A stretch of 63,372 bases of DNA, the filler included, from Craspedostauros australis (taxonomy: Eukaryota): assembly GCA_030167865.1 (NCBI GenBank). It is 11 parts of 11 records of this genome, joined end to end, with 100 filler letters (N's around TTAATTAATTAA, not from the genome) between each part and the next. Parts side by side here need not be neighbours in the genome. Positions count along the whole stretch, not along the records: positions 1 to 29,264 come from JALAGF010001386.1; 10 more parts are not named here. One strand, 5' to 3'. The stretch's first letter is position 1, and every line of letters starts with the position of its first letter. This document shows, piece after piece, positions 12,126-21,017 of this stretch. Made by a program: the position numbers and the translations under genes. Below the pieces are notes generated by a model. It saw only the letters and a list, made by a program, of their open reading frames with translations. It was not told the origin of the DNA and did not search any database.

Positions 12126-13019
12126 AGATCGCGGAAGCTGGTAGCGCACTCCTGCCATGCACTCTTGCATTGATGGGCCCCAATGCTCATCATGGAGGTG
12201 TCCGCATAATGTGGTTTTGTTGTTGCTATCGCTGTCGGTAATGCTGCTACCATCCCAGCACTTCCACTGTCGATGCCTGGATTGGCGTTGCCAATGCCGA
12301 TGCTGTTCATGTAGGATAGATACGTCGTGAAGATACAACTCGCGATAGTCAGAGACATGATACATTTGTAGCACAAATACAGAGAGCATCAAACAAGAAT
12401 GTGGCATTTGAATAGCTGTGGTTGTCTATGCTCGAACCGTGGCACGAACCAATGACAAGTGCCGCACGGTCTGTGCTTTGTCCGTGTGCAAGAACAATTT
12501 TGAATTTCGAAATTGCGTTGGAGAAACATGCAAATGCGGCGTCAAGAGCCGCATCTCGCCAAAGAAAGAGGGAGGAACTTCGACACAAGAACAGACAGTC
12601 AATGCCATTGTCAGAGACCGCTGGCATCTGCACAAATCCATCCACTTGCACTGGTATCGTCCCAGGCAAGGAGCATCACCTCCCAGCCGTCTGTCTTGTT
12701 GGACATCACGCCTGCTGCATCCACTGTTGTGGCATCCACTGTTGTGGCCTCCACATCCGTCGCACCGACCTCTCCATCCAACAAGAAGAGGTCATTGGGT
12801 CAGACAGCCATCAACCCGTCTCTCTATCGAATGGAATCGCGGTGAATCCCAACGCAGACAGAAGACGCAGATCGCACTGCAAAGCTCGTCATAGTATCAG
12901 TGCCAGGACGAGAACTAGTACTCGCACGCACATTTGCAAAGAGATCCCTGTGTCCCACATCTCCCAAAGATACATTATTATATGATATTGCATTGTATAA
13001 TATCATAGCACACGAGACC

Positions 13020-13244
13020 ATGTCGAAGAAAGAAGAATACCGCCGATACTTGGAACAGACGGGCGTCCTGGACGCGCTCACGAAGGTGCTGGTGGGTCTC
13101 TACGAAGAACCGGACCGTCCGACGGATCCCATCGAGTACATCAAGAAGTACATCGGTGCGCCGACCAACGTGGACGTCGAAGGATTGAAGCGTGAAAATG
13201 AAAAGCTCAAGCAGGAACTGGAATCGTACCGCGGCAAGAAGTGA
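13020..13244 (+). CDS. MYCBP: c-Myc-binding protein (MYCBP/AMY-1/FAP174-like) homologue
   Basis: SKKEEYRRYLEQTGVLDALTKVLVGLYEEPDRPTDPIEYIKKYIG followed by a short coiled coil matches the MYCBP consensus. A TAG just upstream of the ATG could be an acceptor for a short 5' exon. Confidence 0.88.
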   Translation: MSKKEEYRRYLEQTGVLDALTKVLVGLYEEPDRPTDPIEYIKKYIGAPTNVDVEGLKRENEKLKQELESYRGKK

Positions 13245-13379
13245 GACGAATGCGTTGCAGCATCAGGGTGGAGGCACTACATGCTCGAGACTACGATCAC
13301 GATGCTCTACATACGTGTCTGCGACGTGCATAGTCTGCGGTGCGCATAGCCTGCAGGGTAGATGTCGATTGCATGGAAA

Positions 13380-15704
13380 TCAGGCATCGATGGCATGCCG
13401 TTCCCAATGCAATGCCGATAACTTTTCAGGGATTTTTTGTTGATGCTGCCTGCGTTCCTCACTACCTGCTGTTCCCGATGCTGTCGTCGTCGTCGTCGTT
13501 GTCGTCAGTTGGTAGCAACCAATGGACAATTTATTCTTGATGCGATTGCGGATGGAACGCTTCAGTTTCAGGTATTCGTTACGAGATAAATGATCTCCGA
13601 CGATGGGATGGCCGTGCTGTCGCAGATACGTCCCGATGCTGCTCGTGGATGGATGGTGATGCACCTCCACTTGGATTGTGGACAGTTGCTGCGGGTTGGA
13701 TGCATCCTGCATGCGTTCGAGGCATGTGAAGGTGACGGGTTCCGTGATTGCTTGTTGGGCATCATTGATTGCCTGCGAACCAGTATCGAGTTTGCTGGCG
13801 TTCGAGCGCTTCCATTGCCGTTGGATGGTCAGCTCGACGGTGGTTGGCTGTGTCCACGGCGCTCTGCCATGCACCAACATGGTTAGGATGTGACAAACGC
13901 GCATGCCGTTGACCGATACATCTTTCAGCAATGCGCACAGACCCGGGCAGCAGGTGTCGAGTTTGGAGATGCTTTCGTATCGTTGCTTCTCGTGTTGCGA
14001 CACCATAGCTTCCAGCGTCGCAGCAGCACCGTCCTTGTTGAAGAATCCTTTCGTGCGCACCCCTCGATCCTTCCAAACGATCAGCGTGTCGTGTTGGGAC
14101 AGCCGTTCGATGATTTTAAATTGCTGCACTTTAGCGGGTGGCTGCGCAGCATGTGGGAGAGCGTATGCGATACAATCGTTCGCTGCCAAAAATCTGCCAG
14201 AATCCACAACAACGGCATCGTTAAGCATGACATTGCCGCCCTTGATGAGGGATTCCATCTTGCTCTTGGGATGTCCGGAGGCGAAGTTCTTGAGGTACCA
14301 TTTCAGCCGTTTTCCTGCATGTTCCTGAGCCACCACTAGTCGTTGCGTCGGAGGTTGGGTTTCGTTAACATTCATGTTGTAGTCATCGTTGGAATTTGTC
14401 GTGGCGGTGGTGACATGGGTGGCAGTAGTCGTGGCAGTAGTGGTGGTGATGGCGATGGGCTGCCGTGTGGATTGAATTGCAGAGGAGGAGATTGGAGTCT
14501 CATGTTTGGTACTCCTCGTTTGTGCGTGGAGCGGAAGCGCTTGCTCTGATGACGAGGAAGATCCCACAGCTGCAGCAGACTCCATGGATTCAGCATTTGC
14601 AGATTGTGATGCGTTGTAGATTGGCAACGCTGGTGCTGCCTGGTGTCGCTGTAACGCAGACGCCGAGTCGAAGGCTTCATTGCAGATCTCGCATCTGAAG
14701 ACGCCGTTTGCTTCGGCTGATTGCGTGTCGCCATTGCTGTTTCCATCTGGATTGCGTCTCTCATTTTTGGCTGCCATGACCTCAAATACAAAATGGGCGG
14801 ACCCCGCGACGTTCATATCGGCAGAACTTCCGCTATGCTGCGCACCTTCCGTCCGCCGGTGCTTGTATCCGTACTTGCCCAGGAAATGGCGACTGCCCAA
14901 CTTGCCATTGCGATACCGACGCGGTGCAGCATCGCCAGGTCGCGGCGGCTGCACCCAATCCTGTGTGTCGGTCCATATCGCATGAAAGGGAACGCGCGTG
15001 GAGATCTGGCGGATGAGACGCAGCCGTTGCCGCTGCGCTGCCTGCAGGAGCTGCCACGTCTCGGGCTGCGCGCCGCACAAGCATACGTGGATCAATGCAA
15101 TTGCGTCGTTGTCGTCGTCGGTGGTGGTGTCGTCCTTATTCGTATCATTTGCAGGCACAACCACTTGACGAGCTGACGCCAAATAATGGCACAGCAGCAC
15201 ATGATGGCGTCTGACATGCTCTACTTCGCTTTCTTGCAGCGTCTGCAATCCCAAATGAGGATGGTGGAAGGTGATGAGATTCCACTTGCTTCCGTTCGCA
15301 TTGGTATCTACGATTGCGTTTGTGGGGTTTGGATTTGCGCCCATCGCGAGCTTGTGCAGTTGCGTGGCATCCCATCCGTACCGAATGTCGATGCGCTTGT
15401 GCTCCAGCTCTTGCAGAACCGCGGCGTCATCCTTGGAGGAGTAGGTGCGTATTAGATCCTCCTTGGATTGCAACGTGGATGCCGTCAAGTGGATCCTGTC
15501 ACCGTAGGCTCGAGCCATGGCCAACGAAAGCGAAAGGTCGCCATCACCAACAGTCAACACACGCATGGGTGTCTGAGACTGAGAAAAAGGTGCAGGAGGA
15601 CTTTGGGCGACAGCAGGGCTCGGTTCATCCGCGCTCTCCATCATCTCGGACGAAGTTCGTTTCACGGTTGCTGGTGTTTCCACATTGATTGTCACTTCTA
15701 ACAT
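13380..15704 (-). CDS. Multidomain RNA-modification protein: DUF2431/BMT5-like methyltransferase + C2H2 finger + S4 + RluA-like pseudouridine synthase domain
   Basis: RVLTVGDGDLSLSLAMAR...YGWDATQL...ITFHHPH (DUF2431); FRCEICNEAFDSASALQRH (C2H2-like); GKRLKWYL...LIKGGNVMLND (S4); IVWKDRG, SKLDTCCPGL and GHPIVGD (RluA motifs). First ATG at 15704. Confidence 0.75.
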   Translation of the reverse strand: MLEVTINVETPATVKRTSSEMMESADEPSPAVAQSPPAPFSQSQTPMRVLTVGDGDLSLSLAMARAYGDRIHLTASTLQSKEDLIRTYSSKDDAAVLQELEHKRIDIRYGWDATQLHKLAMGANPNPTNAIVDTNANGSKWNLITFHHPHLGLQTLQESEVEHVRRHHVLLCHYLASARQVVVPANDTNKDDTTTDDDNDAIALIHVCLCGAQPETWQLLQAAQRQRLRLIRQISTRVPFHAIWTDTQDWVQPPRPGDAAPRRYRNGKLGSRHFLGKYGYKHRRTEGAQHSGSSADMNVAGSAHFVFEVMAAKNERRNPDGNSNGDTQSAEANGVFRCEICNEAFDSASALQRHQAAPALPIYNASQSANAESMESAAAVGSSSSSEQALPLHAQTRSTKHETPISSSAIQSTRQPIAITTTTATTTATHVTTATTNSNDDYNMNVNETQPPTQRLVVAQEHAGKRLKWYLKNFASGHPKSKMESLIKGGNVMLNDAVVVDSGRFLAANDCIAYALPHAAQPPAKVQQFKIIERLSQHDTLIVWKDRGVRTKGFFNKDGAAATLEAMVSQHEKQRYESISKLDTCCPGLCALLKDVSVNGMRVCHILTMLVHGRAPWTQPTTVELTIQRQWKRSNASKLDTGSQAINDAQQAITEPVTFTCLERMQDASNPQQLSTIQVEVHHHPSTSSIGTYLRQHGHPIVGDHLSRNEYLKLKRSIRNRIKNKLSIGCYQLTTTTTTTTASGTAGSEERRQHQQKIPEKLSALHWERHAIDA

Positions 15705-15721
15705 GTGGATTCTCCCCAAGA

Positions 15722-15783
15722 GAGTGATGGCAGCGATGACAGTGATGACAGTGATGACAGCGATGACAGCGATGACAGCGATG
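15722..15783. repeat. 9-bp tandem repeat (CAGYGATGA), about 6-7 units
   Basis: gagtgatgg cagcgatga cagtgatga cagtgatga cagcgatga cagcgatga cagcgatgg, immediately 5' of the minus-strand gene. Confidence 0.85.
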
Positions 15784-16156
15784 GTGGTGTCTGTGTCGAT
15801 GCCTCATGATGGGCAACGATCATGATGAACATCACGGTTCTGGTGTCAAACACGAATGGTTGGCGCCAAAATCGTTGGAGGCGGTTTCGATTTTACGGTA
15901 CTTCTTGAAACGTACTGAGTACCATCCCGCAACGACTACGTATCGGCATGGCAACTACCCGAAAATACGACACCGTCACTGGTTTGAAAACTAAACAGAA
16001 TGAAAGCCACGGCGTTCGTCTGGTTACTCGGAGCATCGTTCGTAGCACATATGCGAGTATGTAGCTACCAAAGCCATCGCATACGCACATCTGAGAAGCG
16101 TTGAGTAGGGCAGCACATACCACCATTCACTGGTGACGACCTGCTGCTCCACCACA

Positions 16157-17038
16157 TCATATTCTCTTTTGTTTGCTACTGTCGGCAGGCGGCGCCTGTT
16201 TTCCATCGCAACCATTATCGTCTCCATGCCGATCTCCGAACCACCAATCGTCCAAATATCCAAAGAACTGCTGCATCCGATGCGGCTTCATCCCAAAATG
16301 ATGCAGCCGATGCTCCCGCACACCCACGCACCATCGCCTCCACACATAGAAATCGGGCGTGCTCGTGTGCGACTCCGTCAACATCCACGTCACGATGCAA
16401 TTGTGCAGCATGCGTGCCAATTTCGTCTTGCGGGTGCCCCACGGATTGTATTGCTGGATGCCGATATTACACAGCACCTGCAGGGATCCATCCAGCAGCG
16501 AATGGCGCAGCACGTCGCGCGCTTCGAGCGATCTGCCATGCGTCGTCTGGAGGCTGTGATGTCGCCGATGGTCCATGATGTTGGCGATCGTCCGATTTTG
16601 ATGCATCAGCAGATGAATGACGAAGAATAGAGCGTCGTACGCAAAGATTCCGGCGGCGACTTCCAATACCAGCAGCACGACGGATTGCGCATCCGTCGGT
16701 GTGAGCAACGATCGCGAGGCATGCATTGCGGAGGCATTCGTCGTCTGTGATTGCTGCCTCCAGTACTGCAGCATGGAGATGCCGATCCAATACGCCATGA
16801 AGCTCATGTTCAAATCGCCCAGGCTGAAATCGAAATTCTGGCTGCAAAATAGCTTGGGACTTCGTGAGCGTCCTTGCCGGCGTTCCAAGTACCAGTAGAT
16901 GTGAACCCAGACGGCGAAGGACATGGTGGCGACGAATGGTTCAAACCACCAGGCATCGTAGAAGGGGGTGGCTTGCCGTTCCCGCATCGCATGCCCATCA
17001 TGACTTGACCATGCGTCTTCGAGTGCGTGAAACGACAT
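16157..17038 (-). CDS. Fatty acid hydroxylase / sterol desaturase superfamily protein
   Basis: His boxes YDALFFVIHLLMH, DHRRHH, ESH and EHRLHH, plus FFGYLDDWWFG and hydrophobic segments. Confidence 0.85.
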   Translation of the reverse strand: MSFHALEDAWSSHDGHAMRERQATPFYDAWWFEPFVATMSFAVWVHIYWYLERRQGRSRSPKLFCSQNFDFSLGDLNMSFMAYWIGISMLQYWRQQSQTTNASAMHASRSLLTPTDAQSVVLLVLEVAAGIFAYDALFFVIHLLMHQNRTIANIMDHRRHHSLQTTHGRSLEARDVLRHSLLDGSLQVLCNIGIQQYNPWGTRKTKLARMLHNCIVTWMLTESHTSTPDFYVWRRWCVGVREHRLHHFGMKPHRMQQFFGYLDDWWFGDRHGDDNGCDGKQAPPADSSKQKRI

Positions 17039-18514
17039 GGTCTGTGCGATGGGTGCTGGTCCTTTTGTCTTGCGTTGTCACCGATGTTGGGTGGTGCTCG
17101 TCGGACGTACCCTCCCAATCCGATGACCGTTTGCTTCCTTCTCTCTTCGCTATCTCGATGATCCGTTCGATTGGTATTCCTTCAACCCTGCCTCGTCTTG
17201 TCCTCTTTGGAGCCCGTCTCGACATACACGCCTCCGATGGCAGCAATGCTCTCCGTTGCATTCGTTTTGTGGACACCGCCAGATGGACATTGATCTGCCA
17301 ACCACCCACTGCTTCGTTTCGTCAGCTGCGATGTGCCGCAGTGATGTGATGTGGGATGCTGGGCTTCGCGCTGTCGCTGAAGGTGTTGTGACAGGAGGGG
17401 AAGATTGGCTGTCGTGATGTGCCAATCACACACTTGTTTTGACATGATTGAGAATGCTTGAGAAAGATACCAAGATTTCATTCGGGTGAGTCGGAGACGA
17501 AAATGTCCGGCGAACATGCTTGCGACGTGGTTGGGCTCACGTCAGCACCACCGAAGGTGCGCTCATCGCTGCAATTTCGCGCAAGCGCCTCGCTGCGGAG
17601 AAAAGGAAGGTTCTGTTGTTCGTGAAAAAAGATGGCGAAGAACACACCGTGTCTGGCAGGCATCGATGCGAACCAAACAGGGCACGTAACATCAAGGCGG
17701 GCTGCGAGATGGACCAGGAAACTTGTTGATGGCTGAGTTTCTGCAGAATAGGTCGTAATCAAATCAACCTTGAGAAGCCCTCCGAAGATTGGTGGTTAGA
17801 AGTGCCTGAAATCATCCAATGCAAGTAGGAGAGACATCGTGATGTACCTTTGGAAGAGTGGGAAACGTACGTACCATACGACTACGGGCCAGGCAGAGTA
17901 TGGCGCGTTTTGATTTCCTGTGTTGCGATCTCTTCTGAACAGAGAGTAACAAAGATCACGTTTCGAGATCATGCTGTGCCCAGATGATCGCGAGTCTGCG
18001 GTGTTGGTTGAAGAAGGATGGTTTGCTGGATGTGGAATCGGGAACGGATGGAAGAGATCTCAAGGATGGAAGGGTTGCTGTAGGTGCTGCTTCTTGCCTT
18101 GAGCGAAATGGAGAAACATGTTCCCGTGGCTACGAGTGATCGTAAAATGATTGGAGAGTAGAATGGCTAAGTAGGGGATAGTGGAATAGACTCATGAGGT
18201 GGTGTGTTTGTAGTAATGTATTATACGTGCTAGAGTTTATGTGCGTGTTATGTTCAGTGTTATGTTCAGTGTGTTGTTGTTGTTGCTGCTGCCTCAGATG
18301 ATGTCCTTGCGATTCAAAATTGGACACCCACCTGATCTGTGCTTGGCTTGATGAAGGAGTCGGATGATCTCATCTCGTGGAGGTTGTCACGAGATGCCAT
18401 TGTGCCTTGATGGTTCTTACGTTGTGTCATGTTGCGTTGATCTTGGTACTGCACAGAATGGCAGAGTCAAGTCGAGTAGAGTAGCGTGCATCTAGATCGT
18501 TGGTTGCTCCGATT

Positions 18515-18991
18515 CTAGTTTGCCAGGGAGTCGAGGGAGACCCTTCTGCCGAGGTTCCGGGAGAGGTTAGATACAATTCGCTTGGATCGGGTCAAGCCAG
18601 AGCATCGGCGCTTCGATGGTCTGATGAGGATGGCATCGATGTCTCTCTCGTTTTCCTCTTCGTCGTCGTCCTTCTGTGAGACGATGCTGCCGTCCCACTC
18701 AATCTTTGGGAACTCGATGTCCTCGGCGATTGGGATGGACTCGGCCATGAGAGACGCCATGTTGAACGAAGTCCTGAGGTTGATGCCGTCGCGTCCTCTC
18801 TTCAGTGTACTGCAGCGGTCGTTGTCGGTTGTGTCGAAGCAGCTGCCCTTGTCGAACCAGATCATGGGTTTGCTCATCATGAAGTCCAGTGCGTCGGTAG
18901 GTGTTGGTGGTATGCATCGTGATTCGGAGATGGCGAGGGCTGCGTGCAAGGCAGCTGTGGCTGGGGAGGTTGAGGTGGTCAAAGTGTCCAT
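18515..18991 (-). CDS. Hypothetical protein, 158 aa
   Basis: ATG preceded by an A/C-rich leader as in neighbouring genes. Basic C-terminus RPSKRR...LTRSKR. No recognisable domain. Confidence 0.55.
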   Translation of the reverse strand: MDTLTTSTSPATAALHAALAISESRCIPPTPTDALDFMMSKPMIWFDKGSCFDTTDNDRCSTLKRGRDGINLRTSFNMASLMAESIPIAEDIEFPKIEWDGSIVSQKDDDEEENERDIDAILIRPSKRRCSGLTRSKRIVSNLSRNLGRRVSLDSLAN

Positions 18992-19903
18992 CGTGATTTT
19001 GTTGCTGTTGTTGTTGCTTTCGGCTGTGATTGTTATTTGTGAGTGCGGTCAGTGGAGATCTCTTCCGTCATCAAGTTCGAGCTGATGCGCTCGTGTCACA
19101 GCGTAGGCAAAACACTCCACGAGACTGACTCTACGACCACCCAGTGCGGTAATCAACGGCGCGGACAAGGGCGAAACTTTTGTGACGAGGTGAGGTCGAT
19201 CGGATGTTGGGAACTTCGCATCTCTTCTGGAAGACATCTTGACGTCACGTGATGACTCCCAACATCTCCGAGGCGGTTTCTCTGTGGTGGCATCCCAACG
19301 TTCCGAAGAAGGCTTCCTTGTTGCCACTCTCATTTAAGCATCAGCCACGGCCTTCGCTGAGGTGGCCACATGCGACGAACACAACGGAGAACAAAGAATC
19401 ATTCTTTGACACACAAGTGTTGGACGTGGCGGTTCTTCGAGGTTGCACGCAGGAAACAGAAGACCTGACGTGGTTCGTCGTACTCGCTCAGAGTCACCAG
19501 GATGTTCTCCGTCGCCTTCTGATTCGAGCGAGTCAATCCGATGGTATCCTCTCGAGACGAATTTGAGACCAATCGTCATCATTTTGATGCATTCGTGGAT
19601 AGCTTCAATTCAGTCATTCACGCTTCATCCTTGTGTGCTGTCGTGAGTTGTTGTCGATCGAATGAGAGAGGGGAGAGACGCTTGCCAATGCCATCCAAGC
19701 GTATGTACATACCATACCGCACCGTACTAATACTTGCGACCCGCTATCCATCACATCATCACACACGATGCCGCATTCAATTGAGGGGGGGATGGAAGCT
19801 CCAACCTTCATGCCATGAGTGTGGTTCTGCCAACTCTCCTCTTCTCTCCTCCGCTGCTCAACGCAACACACGAATACTTCATCAGTAGTCTCAGACAGCC
19901 AAG

Positions 19904-20827
19904 ATGACGACGAGAATCTCTCCTATCCAAGACATCGCATCCATTCGAATGGAAGAAAAGGAGCAGCCTCTTTTCCCGTTCCTCCAGGACAACATCAACC
20001 ACCACTACCAACAGCAGCAACATCATCAACAACAACAACAACAATCATCATCGTTGTCGTCGTCATCATCATCAGACAGCTTCGCAACGCTCTTCCATCG
20101 TCTTGAGCAGCTGGAGAAATGGCACGAACTGGCGATCCGTCCGAGCACCGAAGCATTGTGCCATCAAGAAGACCTGGATCTGTTCCGTTCCGAGCAGGAC
20201 GACCTTGCCGTGTTGACGCAACGATGCCAAACCGTTCGGGAGACTATGAATCATCACCTCCCTCCTCACAAGCAGCTGCTGGATGATCACCTCGTGTCCA
20301 AAACGAGCCAAGTCCCAAATGCAGGATTGGGCTTGTTTTATGAACCGGAACTGATGAGAAGGGATACCCCAACATGCACCGCCGCCACCACCAATGACAA
20401 CAACAATGACAACAACGACGACAACAAAGACGACAACAAAGACGACGACAATGATGACCAGATCATTCCGAAAGGAACCCCGATCTGCATCTACACTGGC
20501 CATGTCCACACCTACGCATCCGTCAAACGGTTGAAGGATAGGGGATACTTGATGGCCATCCTGGAGGGAATATTCGTTGATCCTGGACCGGTGCATCGCA
20601 TCAAGGCCCGGTACATCAACGATCCGTTGAACGAAGATGTGGTGAATTGCATGTACGAACCGCATCGACTGTGCGCCATCGTTGTTGCGAAGCGGGGCAT
20701 CCGACCTGGCGAGGAACTGTTCGCCTCCTACGGAGATGGATACTGGGCGCAACAACCGGAGGATGGGACAATCCTCCAACCGAAAGGGCCATTATCCGGA
20801 CTGAAGCATCCAACACCTGCAGGTTGA
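19904..20827 (+). CDS. SET-domain protein
   Basis: SQVPNAGLGLF, IPKGTPICIYTG, ARYINDP and IRPGEELFASYG are canonical SET motifs. Confidence 0.88.
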   Translation: MTTRISPIQDIASIRMEEKEQPLFPFLQDNINHHYQQQQHHQQQQQQSSSLSSSSSSDSFATLFHRLEQLEKWHELAIRPSTEALCHQEDLDLFRSEQDDLAVLTQRCQTVRETMNHHLPPHKQLLDDHLVSKTSQVPNAGLGLFYEPELMRRDTPTCTAATTNDNNNDNNDDNKDDNKDDDNDDQIIPKGTPICIYTGHVHTYASVKRLKDRGYLMAILEGIFVDPGPVHRIKARYINDPLNEDVVNCMYEPHRLCAIVVAKRGIRPGEELFASYGDGYWAQQPEDGTILQPKGPLSGLKHPTPAG

Positions 20828-21017
20828 GTTGGATGGTCAAAGCCTGCATCAAAAAGCAAAACAGAAATGCTACAAAACATACTAGTGTTCTACATTCACA
20901 CATCACTATACAATAATAGTAACAATCACATGGCAACCAACGACTCCAAACAAGCCATTGGCCAGGCTGAAAGTATCATTGCATAATACTCCTGCTGCAC
21001 ATCGCTTGCGTTTGAAT

